A DNA stretch of 64,000 bases from Eledone cirrhosa (GCA_964016885.1 OZ024750.1:46500001-46564000); one strand, 5' to 3'. Shown: positions 25,778 to 40,830, numbered from the stretch's first letter. Numbers and translations are program-made. Notes: generated by a model from the sequence alone, not told the origin.

Positions 25778-25881
25778 CTTGCTTGTCCCAAACCCTCATG
25801 AATGGTAATAATTAAAAAGCAATAAAAGAAGCTATATATATATATAGGGAATAGCGAGGGCCTATGCATCCGTTAATTTAT

Positions 25882-25970
<89 letters not shown>

Positions 25971-26042
25971 TTATATATATATATGTATGTATTTCACAGT
26001 AAATAGAGAAATACACACACACATATATATATATATATATAG

Positions 26043-26088
<46 letters not shown>

Positions 26089-26310
26089 TGTGTGTATGTG
26101 TGTGTATGTTCAAACCATTAGGGAAATAAGACTGCCAAGGCGAAGACGATATTAAGTAGGAATAGAAATTATTTTAATTAATTGTGTATAAACCGTTCTA
26201 TCCATAATCAACATCTTCGTCACTCTGGCGGTTTTAGATCCCTTCCAAACGGAACCTGAACTGTTAAGGTCTGATTCCTGGATATGTCACTATTTATAAA
26301 ATAAATTTTG

Positions 26311-26371
26311 TATTTCATCTGATGAGAGCGTACCAAAGTTTTGGTACCATTGAAATATATATAATAGAATA
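26311..26371 (+). ncRNA. Type I hammerhead ribozyme, family A, intact core
   Basis: tatttcat-CTGATGA-gagcGTACCAAagttTTGGTACcatt-GAAA-TATATA-TA-atagaata. One stem I mismatch and a weak base to stem II. Confidence 0.75.
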
Positions 26372-26934
26372 ATTATGGTTTTATAAACACAGTTTCTATT
26401 TATTAATATCATTGATATATATATATATATATTTAATACATTAACAGAGAAAGCTTTAAGCAATACTCCGACCGGCTTCCGTCTCACTCACAAACATTAG
26501 GATATACCTTAGTATAATCCCAATTATACGTTTGGGGTGCTAACTATACGTATTTTGCGGATAGCCAGTTGTATTATTTTATATGAGACATAATTAAAAT
26601 ACATCTCTCTTTCCAAACGATCGTTTCATTATAAGTTTTCTACAAATTGGGAAAATAATATCCAGGTTATGTAGAAGCCTACACATAGTCCGGAGGAATA
26701 TATGTAGGTGATTACTTATAAATCATCAGTGGATGCCCGACAAATATCGATATAAAAAAAACTTACCGATATTAATGTTCAGCGATGGTGTCCCTCCGTG
26801 CTAGAATGACCGCCAAATTTGAAATTCCAGCAGTCTCACAATGAAAAATCTCACACTGCCATCAAGCGGAAAGGGTAGGTCATCGCAAAACATAAAAGAA
26901 TAACATAATATATATATATAGTTTTAATATAAAA

Positions 26935-26987
26935 GAGCTTCTACAGGACTAGAACTGTTTCATTCGAGAGAAATCATCAGGAAGCTC
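26935..26987 (-). ncRNA. Type I hammerhead ribozyme, family C, intact
   Basis: Minus: GAGCTTC-CTGATGA-tTTCtctcGAAt-GAAA-CAGttctagtcCTG-TA-GAAGCTC. 7-bp stem I, GUA cleavage triplet. Confidence 0.9.
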
Positions 26988-27429
26988 GCTGTCCAAGTAA
27001 ATGGTAGTATTTATGTCTTTCCATATCTGGTGGTAGAGGAAGGCGGGAATTTGGATGGGTGTAGGTCCTTAGTTGAAGGAATTAAAGAAAGGGGATTCAT
27101 TAAAAGATAATTCTTTAAAGCTATAATATTAACAAAGGCAGCTTTAAAGAATTAGCTTTTAATGAATCCCATTTCTTGTCCTGTAGAAGCTCTTCTATAT
27201 TAAAACATTTATACTCTGCTATCTATTGAGTACCTTAGTTACTGTGGTTACCTCCGATTCAACACGGAATAATTTATATATATATATATATATATTATGT
27301 ATGTCCCTTTTTTCTTTATACTGTGTTATAAAGAGCTCGGAATTTCTTCTTTCAGCTTATTCGATTATAAGGGAATATTGTGAGTTTTTAACTCGATATG
27401 TTAATTTTATATATATATGTATGTATGTA

Positions 27430-27790
27430 TATATGGTTATACTTTGGGAGGGTCATGTTGCTAACAAAAACACACGAACCTGTTGAATTTCACTTCTATT
27501 TATTATAAATTTATGTCTTACAACCATCTGTTACATCCAAACGAGGGACACAAATCTGTCTTACATCCAAACGAAGGACACAAAATCAAAACCCAGTCAC
27601 TGAGGAGGTCACATAATGTATGGCGAAGAGCTTTGGCAATCACCCGGTTAGCGAACGAAGCAACTAGCCGGAAATATATGACACATTGATGTGAAAACCT
27701 ACAGGTGCGTGTGTTTTTATTTGCAGCATTACCTTCCCAGAGTATAACAATATCTATTTCAACACACGTTTTCAGATAGGAAATCTCGCA
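27430..27790 (+). mobile_element. Family-D element with 5' inverted end copy and HHR motif (27596-27637)
   Basis: GTCA-CTGAGGA-gGTCAcataatgtaTGGC-GAA-gagc-TT-TGGC (one core A lost). 27433-27490 is an inverted copy of 27690-27748. Confidence 0.65.
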
Positions 27791-27813
27791 AAACATATAT
27801 ATACACACACACG

Positions 27814-27917
<104 letters not shown>

Positions 27918-28209
27918 TATATATATATATATATATATATATGCAGCTTATGCTGACAGAATAACCATATTGCTTGTGTTTCTTTCCATCTTCGGTTAGC
28001 TTTCCCCTGTGTTGTTTACTTGTCTCACTCGCTTTACGCGTTTCAATTGTCCTAATAACTTATTTTAGTTATTGTCGCACCAACGTGAGGTATATGATTT
28101 TTAATGCGATGAAATACCAATGATCGTTGGCAAATCACTGATGAGGGACACATTTTATAACATGTAATCCATGTGCAACCATGCAGTATTCTTCTCCCCA
28201 TATTTTTCA

Positions 28210-28256
<47 letters not shown>

Positions 28257-28431
28257 ATATATATAAATATGTTGTTGCTCTAGTTCACTAGCTTCTATGG
28301 AGCGCTCGCCACACATCTCGGAAGTGGTTTTTCGCTAATACCCAATAGCATAATAACCCAATAGTCTAATACCCAATAGCTGAAATACGATTCTCGCTAA
28401 TTTATATTTGTATATATATATATATATATAT

Positions 28432-28610
28432 CCGGGAGCTTCCAACAGTAATGGTTGCATTCTTTAAGGGTATGTTAATATTTATTTATAAAACTGCTCT
28501 ATATTATATTTTATCTGAAGAAAGCACACCATAATCTAACTTAGTGTCCTTGAAATATGTACAATGAAATAAATATGGTTTTATAAATATAGTTTCCATT
28601 TGTTAATATC

Positions 28611-28655
<45 letters not shown>

Positions 28656-28884
28656 AAAGTTCTATTTAAAATTGTTGGGATACAACAAGTAAATATTTTT
28701 TATAACTGATGACTTCCAAAAACAATGGTTGCATTTCAATAGGGTACGTCAAATCTTATTTGTAAAACTGTTATATATTGTATTTTGTCTGATGAAGGCA
28801 TACCATAATTTAATTTTGTATCCCTGCAATATGTATAATGAAATAAATATGGTTTTATAAATATAGTTTCCATTTATTAATATC

Positions 28885-28948
<64 letters not shown>

Positions 28949-30075
28949 GATATTAACAAATGGAAACTATATTTATAAAACCATATTTATTTCATTGTAC
29001 ATATTTATATAAATATATTTTGTACATATATATATATATATATATATAGTAATAATAATAAATTTGAAGACTAAAATCCAAAGAGGGCTCGATAAGGATA
29101 GATATATATCAAATATATAAGAACCGTAGGGCAAATATTTATTAAAATAACAGATTAAAGTTTAATCTGTTATTTTAATAAATATATATATATATATATA
29201 TACAATGATATTAAATAAATGGAAACTATATTTATGATACCATATTTATTCTATTATATATATTTCAAGGGTACCAAAAACTGTGTACGCTTTCATCAGA
29301 TAAAATACAAAGTGTGTTTTATAAATTTAGACATAGCCAATGAACATACCTTATCAGTTGAAGTATTCATTGGATAGTGTATTTAAAATTGTTAGGATGG
29401 GTATGATAATGAATATGTAAATGAGGTTGGGTATATGATTGAAAAACCGTTATTTTAGACGCTGGGGAAATTTAGATATATGTTTTTTATTATTAGGAGA
29501 GAAAGAAAAAGGGAGAAAAAGAAAAAGAAAAGAAGACCACATATTTACGTTAATTGGGAGGAAGAAATATTTGAATATTTACCTATATTATACTTATATG
29601 GAGAATTATGTTTGTAAGTATTATCTTATTGAAATATTGTATTAGGATATATGTATAAATATCTATATATATTAATAATTGTTAAAGAGATATTGATCAT
29701 TTACAGTTATTAGTTGTTTATAATATTTTGTTACGAGGGAAGTTGATATTGTGTTATATGTAAATAGATAGATTTGAATATTTTGTTCAGCGTTGAAGAT
29801 GTATTATAATATAGTTAATTTATCGGAGTTAGGTATATAATAACTGAGAAAGGAAAGATAACTCCAATTTTGTTTATTGTAATTTATCTGATGAAAGCGT
29901 ACCAAAGTTTTTGGTACCCTTGAAATATATATAATTAAATAAATATGGTTTTATCAATATAGTTTCCATTTATTTAATATCATTGAATATTTACTCCAAG
30001 AAGGTGTTGAGTGCTCTGAATCAGTTATAAACAATGATATTTGTTGAATTTCCAACAAATTGAATATCACTTCTG
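28432..30075. mobile_element. Cluster of five family-A HHR element copies separated by (TA)n
   Basis: Plus copies with cores at 28515 (U16.1>C), 28789 (GAAA>GCAA) and 29888 (core intact, weak stem I). Minus copies at 28948-29005 (partial) and 29203-29335. Confidence 0.85.
29247..29307 (-). ncRNA. Type I hammerhead ribozyme, family A, intact core
   Basis: Minus: TATTTTAT-CTGATGA-AAGcGTAC...GTACcCTT-GAAA-TATATA-TA-ATAGAATA. Confidence 0.8.
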
Positions 30076-30243
30076 CTTATATATATGTGTGTGTGTGTGT
30101 GTGTGTGAGTGTGTGTGTGACTATATATATATACACACACACACACATATATAAATATATGTATATATATGTATATATATATGTATATATATATATTATA
30201 TATATGTGTGTGTGTATATATATATACATATATATATATATAC

Positions 30244-30312
<69 letters not shown>

Positions 30313-30321
<9 letters not shown>

Positions 30322-31105
30322 GTGAGGTTTTTTTTACAAAATGAAAAATAACCGAGGTGTCCTACACGAGTGGAAGTATAAAGAAAAAGGGATGAAATCG
30401 AAAATGCAACTGAAGTCTTATTTTTTTTAAAAATATATATATTTATTTGGTTCCTTTACCGGTTTGGCAGTTCTTCTGCTTTTCAAAAGGTGAGTTGAGA
30501 TGGAGGGTCTGTGGTTTTTCTCACATCTGGTTGGTCTCTAAATGTTACTTGTTTTATATGGAAAAAGTGGCTCGAAAGCCAGGTTTTTCGAGAAGTAATT
30601 TGATTGGTTTGTCAATAATTATAATATATTTCGCGCCAGTTCGCGTTACAATAGTTCTTCAAATAAGAGAGGGGGGGGGGGGGTTGTCACAGGTTGTTTT
30701 TTCATATATGAGTGTTTGAATTTCTTTTTACTTGAAAAAATGAGCCTCATTTTTTCAAGTAAAAAGAAATTCAAACACTCATATATGAAAAAACAACCTG
30801 TGACACCCCCCCTCTCTTATTTGAAGAACTATTGTAACGCGAACTGGCGCGAAATATATTATAATTATTGACAAACCAATCAAATTACTTCTCGAAAAAC
30901 CTGGCTTTCGAGCCACTTTTTCCATATAAAACAAGTAACATTTAGAGACCAACCAGATGTGAGAAAAACCACAGACCCTCCATCTCAACTCACCTTTTGA
31001 AAAGCAGAAGAACTGCGAAACCGGTAAAGGAACCAAATAAATATATATATTTAAAAAAAAAATAAGACTTCAGTTGTATTTTCGATTTCATCCCTTTTTC
31101 TTTAT
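30313..31105. mobile_element. Family-B element forming a near-perfect palindrome of about 730 bp centred at 30745
   Basis: cttgaaaaaatgag-c-ctcattttttcaag at the centre; arms about 30377-30744 and 30746-31105; mirror ORFs 30447-30719 and 30779-31036. Confidence 0.9.
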
Positions 31106-31122
31106 ATATATATATATATATA

Positions 31123-31715
<593 letters not shown>

Positions 31716-31729
31716 TTATTACTTTGAAC

Positions 31730-31920
31730 TGCGGTGGATTGGCAGTATCGGTAGAGGGTCGGACGCCATGCTTTCCAGCATAGTTACGTCCCTTAACGAT
31801 CTGAGTTCAAATCCTGCCGAGGTTGACTTTGCCTTTCATCCTTACGGGGTCGATAAAATAAAGTACCGGTAATGCACTGGGTAATTGCTGGCCTTGTGCC
31901 TAAAGTAGAAACAATTATTA
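31730..31920 (+). mobile_element. tRNA-derived SINE with 20-bp TSD
   Basis: attattact(t/g)tgaactgcgg at 31715-31734 and 31914-31933. Confidence 0.9.
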
Positions 31921-31938
31921 CTGTGAACTGCGGAATAC

Positions 31939-31974
<36 letters not shown>

Positions 31975-33435
31975 ATTTTCCTGGGTCCTGTATTTTCGTT
32001 GCTCTAGTGATGCGGCTGGACTGCCGACTGCTATATCTGATTTGCTAAGCTGTCTGAACGTAATGTTATTACTCTGGGACTTTCCTCATCTGAGTGCTCA
32101 AGCTACAGACCGATTATGCATATACGCTAGCTTGGCCGTATTCTAAAGCTTCGTCCATGCTGTACTAAAATTTATTTACATATATATATATATATACACA
32201 CATGTGTGTGTGTGTTTGTGTCTGTGTGTATATTCTCTGTCTATATATATATGCATATAGAGAATGGTTAAGATTAATTTATGATATGTTAAATTCAGGT
32301 AGACAGAATATGCTGGAAGGAGGCTTTCAAGACTATTATTTTCTCAAGATTATTACAGTTGGAAGGAAGGGTTTACCATTTCCAAAACTTATCGCAGTTG
32401 TAGTAACATTAAATCCTGTTTAGATTACAACTTTTACCATTTTGAAATTCTACAGGTTTAACAAATTATGTAGTAAGATATTTTAAGCTTAAATCTCTCT
32501 GTCAGTCTATTTGTATATTTGTCTATTTCACCCCTACCTCTCTCTGTCTCTCACTGTTTATCTATCTCAATTTCTCTCCCCTCCTTCTGACCTACGTTTC
32601 TGATTTCCTTTCTGCCTATAGCTATCTATTTACTTTTGTCTCTGCCTTTATGGTCACATTATGGATTGTGTCATTATTACCTAACTTCTTGTGTTAACTC
32701 TGGGTAGAAAGCTGTTAATTATTCTACCATCGAATGCTTCGTGTCAGTCTTCGATGATCGAAAGTATTAGCAGAAGACTTGCAGCTGCAACTTCGATTAT
32801 ACTTTTTACTATTATTATTTTCCCCTAACCTTTATAATTATTTAACTGGTTAATCACTAGATTAATTCATTGCCTGATTATTTAATTGTTTGTTTGAAAA
32901 CCTAGTTGAGAGCTTATTTCGAGGCTGTGAATAAATCCTCTGTGCACACCAAAAATCGCTAAACTGACCTTCCGCTTTTTTGAGAAAGGACACCTTACCT
33001 CACTGCCAAATTTACTACTACAGTCGAATAGCAACGTCGACTCATAACCGGATGAAAGTGGATACTGGGTACGAAAACCTGTTGATGAAGGGAAATCCCC
33101 GTTCCATCTTAGAATACATTATGGCTTGCATATACATTACGCAACTTGGAGTGTAATTTGCGATTTTCCCAGAAACCTATAGAAGAAATGTATCGATTAA
33201 TATCTATCGATTAGCTCAAGGTTCGTCTTTAACCTGTTTCTATTTTTTTTGTTATAGTATTAATGTTGCAACACGCCTCTGCTCACATTATTGATTGTGT
33301 CACTATTACCAAACTTCTTGGGTTCACTCTGAGGAGAAATTTATTAATTATTTTATCATCGAGTGCTTTGTGGCAGTTTTCGATGATCGTGGTTAGTCTG
33401 CTACTTGGAGCTGCTACTTTGATTATACTCATTAC

Positions 33436-33586
<151 letters not shown>

Positions 33587-33794
33587 CGCGCGCGCGTGTG
33601 TGTGTGTATGCGTGCGTGCGTGTGTGTATGTATAAACAAGAGGTATACGTCAACATTTCATAATTTACTTCTTTCAAAAGAAATAAAGGAAGTAAATTAT
33701 GAAATGCAGAGTTTATAATTTACTCCGGAGTTAACAGACCCTCTTGTGGACTTCGTTGAGTGCTCTAACCTGCATACTGAAGTATAGGTATTAA

Positions 33795-33844
<50 letters not shown>

Positions 33845-34633
33845 GGAGGGTACAAATAAGTACAAGTAATAGATTAAAAGAATAAATCCAAATATTTGTA
33901 AGGCCTCCATCGGTAATTGTTGACCAAGCACTTCATACTACGAGTATCTTTCTTTTAAGTATCATGTTAGAAGCTGCTGCACAAAAGCCAAGCGGTGAAG
34001 ACAAAACACTGAACACCAATCCATGACGTAAACACCACCAGACGAAAACCTCACCACACAAAATCCCATTGGAAAAAAAGCCCACATAATAAAACTATAA
34101 TATAATATATTCTAATAAATAGTTGTAGTTTATTCTCTTCCAGCTAAATTACGTTTCAATATGTAATTTAGCTGCAAGAGAATTCCAAACTATAAAGAGA
34201 TATTTTCATAACTTGTTTTACAAAATGGCGTTTTTATCCGGTAAATATAATTTTGTGTGGGGAAATTTTTCCGGTAGGCATTTTGTCCTGGGTTTGTTAT
34301 CCAGAAAGTTTCTCTTCCGGAGGATTTAATTCCGGCGGATTTATATTCGTCTGCAATATAAACTTTTCCTCCAGTATTAGTCTTTTCAGCTGCAAGCGGC
34401 GCCGCTCCCAAACCATACGTAAATACACAAATTAATAAATAAATACTAATATATCAAGAGTGGAATTCTGCCAATATAACATACTTATCTCAGCAGCTAC
34501 TAGTTAGTGTGTGGTCTTAATTCAGAATGTTAACACACACTTCAAACTGATTTCGTATTTTTCAGATTGGCTGATAAAGCTTCTCATCGTCTTTTTCTTG
34601 TTTAATTTGCTCATATATTTCTATATATTTGTG

Positions 34634-34750
34634 AAGGCGCGTGGCTGAGTGGTTAGATAATTGGATTCGCAATCATAAGGTTCTGCGTTCGATTCCCGGA
34701 CCTAGTGATACGTTATGTCCTTGAGCAAGACATTTTATTTCAGGGTGCTC
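34634..34750 (+). mobile_element. tRNA-head SINE fragment (second family)
   Basis: A box TGGCTGAGTGG and B box GTTCGATTCCC, followed by gtccttgagcaagaca; no tRNA acceptor stem. Confidence 0.7.
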
Positions 34751-36479
34751 CTTCTACCTGGAGTTGCTACTGATAGATAGTATTAGCAATTGGAAAGACC
34801 AATGGAAACATAATTTCCTCGGTCCGATTTGACGAAAGTCAATCGACTGTCGATTTCTATATTTTTTTGCTTATATACCTACATACATACATATATAGAA
34901 ACATACACATATACACATACATATACATACATACGAGATACATTTTTTTTGTTTAATTTCTACATATATTTTGTTCTTAAATATATATTTTAAGGACATT
35001 ATGTATATGTTTGTTAAATTGCTACATTAACCCAAGGGATGTGGTGGTGTATTTTAATCTATTTTAATAAGTTACTCATCCATAATTAATATCGGCATAC
35101 TATTCAAGAGAAAAATGTCGATATATTTCATAACCAATGAGGTCGCAGACAACTATGAGCAAAATTAAATGAAATGCATTGCCGAAGAAACACCTGCTAC
35201 TCGATCTGGGAATCGAACCACGTATGGTGATCATGAGACCGGCATCTTGAAAACTAGGTTACGGGCCTTCATGATATAAATTGTGTTTAATTTAGACACA
35301 AGGCCAGCAATTTGTGTGGAGAGGAAAGTTAATTCTATCAACTGTAGTACGTGTCTGTTACTTTATTTTAACAACCCCAGAATGATGAAAGGCAATGTTG
35401 CCTTCGGTGGGATTTGAACTCTGAATCAAAATGCCCCTAACTATATGAAAAATAACTGTTCAATGTTATTTTACTTGCTAGGACGACCATTCCTCTTGTC
35501 GCCACAAGTATGTGGCCTTGTGCCAATATATGTAATGATTTGTTTATATTAGAGAGCAATTAGACTAATTAATAAAACAAAAATGCCACTTAATTATGAT
35601 AAGCCAAACATAATTATAGTCAGTCAGTCATTTGTATCTAAAACTCCCTAGATTGAGCTTACGCTGTAATTACTTGTTTATAATATGCTATTTAATTGGG
35701 CGAATGGCAAGCATTGTTAGCATAACGGATTAAATATTCCTCGGTATATTTTCAGACTCACAGATCCCTGAGATCAAACCCTACCGTTGCTGTTGAGTTT
35801 GCCTTTTATCATTTTAAGGTCACTCAATAAAACACCAGTACTGTACTCTATTCTACTCTCATCCCCCCACCCCCGGGAAGACATCAATTAGAGAGGCAGG
35901 CTCCGCCAGATTTCAAGTGCCGAGATACCACGTGGTGTCAGAACGTTGCCACTCTAGCTCCACCAATTTTTGATTGTTTTATATGTATTTTCTTAGGATT
36001 TCGTGTTGTGACAATGTGATGGCGACAGTTCAGTAGGTGCCTATTTTTTGGAAGACATATTGCATAATACAGAAACAAATACAAACACGCGCACACACAT
36101 ACTCACACACAAACACACACACATATAAGCACACACTTAAACGTAAACATGAACACATGAGAAGACATTAAGATAATGAGAAGCAAGCTATGGAGGGAAC
36201 TCCTGAAGTCCCAGCTACAGGACGAAACACCTACATATATAGGAACACACATATTTCTGGAATTGTATTTAATTTAAAAACCTCTCAGATACCTAAGAGA
36301 ACAATTGACCATCATTTTTCTAAAATGGCAGACTGATCACACTTTTAGTTTTTATCCAAATTCCTTATTTATTCTTAATCTTTCTATTTATTCTTTTATT
36401 TCTATCTCTTGATGAAGAACTAGTGTCCCAAACGTTAATCCTCTTTTCTTACTACATCAAACATTCGTCTTCTTCTTCA

Positions 36480-36740
36480 CCCACTTATTTCTGACAAGGT
36501 CGTTGGGGCAGAGTCCTCAAGAACTCCCTCTAGTGGGTCGTATCTGAATTAACCATCTCCACCAGATCCGACTGGATCCTCAAGCGCGACCAGCCAAGCT
36601 CATGGATGTTATCCAACCATCTTGCACGGGGTCTAACTCTGTGTCTCCTATCTGTTGGTTTCGCCCATGAAATATGTCCAGTGATTCTTTCCTGAGGCAT
36701 TCTAATCACATGTCCATAGTATCGGAGCTGTGATCACCTG
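36480..36740 (-). mobile_element. RTE-clade LINE 3' fragment
   Basis: Minus reads GHVIRMPQERITGHI...KPTDRRHRVRPRARWLDNIHELGWSRL; homologous to 45830-45963. Confidence 0.75.
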
Positions 36741-36741
36741 C

Positions 36742-36884
36742 TATCAAGATATCAAACATTAAACTGTTATTTATCAAGATATCAAACATTAAACTGTTAT
36801 TTATCAAGATATCAAACATTAAACTGTTATTTATCAAGATATCAAACATTAAACTGTTATTTATCAGGATATAAAACATTAAAA
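36742..36884. repeat. 30-bp tandem repeat (ttatcaagatatcaaacattaaactgttat), about 4.8 copies
   Basis: Exact 30-bp period. Confidence 0.95.
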
Positions 36885-37014
36885 TGTCATATTTATCATT
36901 GTACTGTACTGTTTGCACTACTGGTTCCATTTACTTTTCACATATAGATATACATACAATCACAAATACATACTCGCATATACATATTTGCGTATGTTTT
37001 GTGCACATTATTCA

Positions 37015-37190
37015 GCAGTGTCGGTAGAGTGTGGGACGCCATGCTTTGCAGCAAAAGAGTTACGGCCCTTTATGGTCTGAGTTCAAATATCGCCGAGGTC
37101 AACTTTGCCTTTCATCCTTACCGGGTCGATAAAATAAAGCACCAGTAATACACTGGGATAATTGCTGGTCTTGTGCCAAAATTAGAAAGA
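37015..37190 (+). mobile_element. tRNA-derived SINE (dominant family)
   Basis: Consensus match. Confidence 0.8.
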
Positions 37191-37283
37191 GTTATTCCGT
37201 GTGAGTGTGTATCTACCACTGCGGGCCAGTGCATGTTTGTGTGCATGAATGACTGTATGTGTGTGTGTGTTTGTGTGCGTGCC

Positions 37284-37388
<105 letters not shown>

Positions 37389-37545
37389 ATGCGCGCGTGT
37401 GTGTATATATAATTTAGTTTGATTACGTATTTGAAAAAAGAAATTCCAACTACATTTCTGTCTTAATAGCTTCGGCACATGTTTTAGAATTTTTTTACGA
37501 TACACAAATATAGATATATATTATTGACAGCGATTTGGCATTGTT

Positions 37546-37597
<52 letters not shown>

Positions 37598-37634
37598 CAT
37601 ATGTATATAAATATATATGTATATATATATATGT

Positions 37635-37771
<137 letters not shown>

Positions 37772-38139
37772 AATATGTACGTGTCTATTTATGTATGCAC
37801 GAATGTATATATATATATATATACGTTTATACATTACATACACACACGTACATACATATGTATATATATATGTGCATATATTTATATATATCGAAGTAAC
37901 ACTCGAGCAGTCCCTTGTGTAGACAAGTCTTTAGACACAAAGTCTGGCTTATAAGGCCTGGAAAATCCGATGGTTTACAAATTATCTTTCAACGAATTTT
38001 GATGTAAACTAAAGAGATTTAGTCTACAGGTAACGATTTCAAACAATCGTAATAGTACATACACACACACACACATGTTTATATATAAAATAAATATATG
38101 CAGACACATTTACACACACACACACACATATACACACAT

Positions 38140-38195
<56 letters not shown>

Positions 38196-38474
38196 GAACA
38201 AATGGACACTGTATATGTGTATTCATTTACAGATACTCTCAGTCATATATATATATGTGTGTTTATGTATGTATATATGTCCGTTTGTGTGTGTGTGCGT
38301 TTAAATGTATATATACATTATATACATTATATACACAGACATTGTCTATCTACTCTGTGAAATTCCTTTGTTTATTTCTCGTGCTATTCTATAGACATAG
38401 TTCTGTGCTTGGTAACGAGTCTATACATTCATTATCATGTATATATATATGTATATATATTTCCATATATATAC

Positions 38475-38584
<110 letters not shown>

Positions 38585-38615
38585 CTCACACACGCACTCA
38601 CACACGCACACACAT

Positions 38616-38754
<139 letters not shown>

Positions 38755-39127
38755 ACGAATACAGTATCATGTTTAGAAGTGCATGTCATTTAAGCTACTT
38801 AAAACACACAAAAAAACTCTTAACTTTAATTACTATTTAAATAAATGCTAAAGAAATAAAGAAATAAAAGAAATAAATAAGTAAAGAAATAAAATTAACA
38901 GTTTTTTAAAACATTTTTTCTAAAATATATCAGATGACATTTCAACGGTATTCTCGCATTATCCTAACACGTGGTCACAAATGAAGTCCTTTGACAAACT
39001 AAAACTGTCAGAATATATGTATAGCAAATGTTAACCTAACCCACAACACTGTATTCATCTATCCATCATACATTATCTTACTGGTCTAAAACTACAAGAA
39101 CTGATTCAGCAATATGTGGCCATCCCC

Positions 39128-39212
<85 letters not shown>

Positions 39213-39214
39213 TA

Positions 39215-39256
<42 letters not shown>

Positions 39257-39328
39257 TTTCTAAATGGAGTATTAAAACTACTTATATCAAGTTGACAATG
39301 CATTGATTCTTTGGTGTCTTAAAAGTTA

Positions 39329-39395
<67 letters not shown>

Positions 39396-40039
39396 TATAT
39401 ATAGATATATATATAGATATATATATTCATGAATATATATATATATATGCATACATATATATCATTTATATATATACATATCATTTATTTTAATTTAATG
39501 TTATATATATATATATAAATGTGTATGCATGTATATATATATATATATTGTGTGTGTTATGTTGTTATGTGTGTGTTGTGTGTGTATGTATGTGCGCGCG
39601 TGTGTGTGCGTGAGTGTGTTGATTTGTGTGTGTGTGTTTGTGTGCAAAATGTATTTATTCTAAACAAGCAACCGTTGTATATTTTAGAGGCACACAACAC
39701 ATGCATTTTTGTCTGGATGCCGTCTTTTTGGGGATCTTTGAATGTTTGTTCAGTACCGAGACTCATATAATAACTATGGCGCAATCTTTGACACAGAAAT
39801 ATATATCTAATCCGAGCAGCTTGGAGTTTTATGGTTAAATCAGTTATCGTAGTATTAGTGAAATAACAATATCTACATAGACGAATACATTGTTGCTGGA
39901 TAAGCTAACATATCCCATCGTCAATACACCAGGGTGGTGGAACATTTCATACTGGAAAGCCGAGTTTTCTAAAATATATTATCTCAGCAAAACTATGTTA
40001 TTCTATGAAATGAAATTACTAATAGTTGTTGAATATTCG

Positions 40040-40830
40040 TCGGCTAGGACGACGCGTCTTCTAGTTGTTTGAACAACGGATCTTCTGCTTGTGAAACTAA
40101 CGTGCAAGTGGCTGACTATCCCACAGTTACGAGCACATTTAAATTAGTTCTCAGGGAGATTCGATGTGACATGAGGTGTTACACTAGCTGACCTCTTGAA
40201 CTTAGCGGTACAGCTAATTTCTACTAATTGAGTGGGATTGAGTCAGATAAAATTAAATGTCTTGTTCATTAAAACAAACCACCACTGGCTCCTAGAATCG
40301 AAATCACACTAACCCCTAAGTCACACTTCATTCGATGTAGGTGTGTTAGAACTACACCGGTTCCGACGATGAATGTTCTAGTTGATACGATCGACTGAAA
40401 ATGTGATATTAACATGCAAGTAGCGAATCATTCTACAGGCAGGTGTATCCTTAGTGTAGTTCAGTTCACACAGATTTAGCATCACATAGAGCAGGCAGGT
40501 CAAACATGCGGCCTGCGGACCTTAACAACCACCCCTGCGGCCCGCACAATGGTTTCTACAGTGCGAGCATGTTTTATCTTCGTAATATAAAATAAAAAAA
40601 AAATGAGTTGTAATGTGCGCAATTTGGTATCGTGTGTGGCCCTCAGACAATACATATATGACCCATGTGGCCAGCGGACAACACATACGTGACCAATGTG
40701 GGCCTCGGGGGAAGCTCAGTTTGACATGCCTGACATAGAGTGACAAGTTTGGTACATTGAATTTAGAGATTCAACGAATCAGCTGGCTGGACTGGAGCAA
40801 CGTAAAATAAAGCGTTTTGCGCAAAGGTGC
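40040..40830 (-). mobile_element. Two degenerate copies of an older SINE family, the second split by a MITE
   Basis: Repeated aacgtgcaagtggctga...gtgaca...ggactggagcaacgt blocks; the reverse complement resembles 62800-63065. Confidence 0.6.
40492..40732. mobile_element. hAT (Charlie/Buster-type) MITE
   Basis: TIRs CAGGCAGGTCAAAC / GTTTGACATGCCTG; perfect 8-bp TSD ACATAGAG (40484-40491, 40733-40740) with a central TA. Confidence 0.9.

Noticed and set aside
26767-26800. 34-nt minus-strand micro-exon (ttctag|...ATCG|gtaagt) phase-compatible with the 6111 acceptor
   Set aside because: Good donor but weak polypyrimidine tract; such matches arise by chance in 20 kb.
28138-28160. CTGATGAG core-like word
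   Set aside because: No stem II closure or GAAA downstream.
33078-33226. TTGATGA-AGGGAAAT...TTTCCC-GAAACCT...AGGTT
   Set aside because: Possibly a decayed HHR with long inserts, but C3 is mutated and stem I does not pair.
34634-34705. tRNA gene
   Set aside because: A and B boxes are present but there is no cloverleaf, and the sequence continues into a SINE body; the same holds for 49406.
36200-36245. ctgaa-GTCC...GGAC-GAAAC hammerhead-like string
   Set aside because: The core lacks GA, and there is no stem I partner or UH site.
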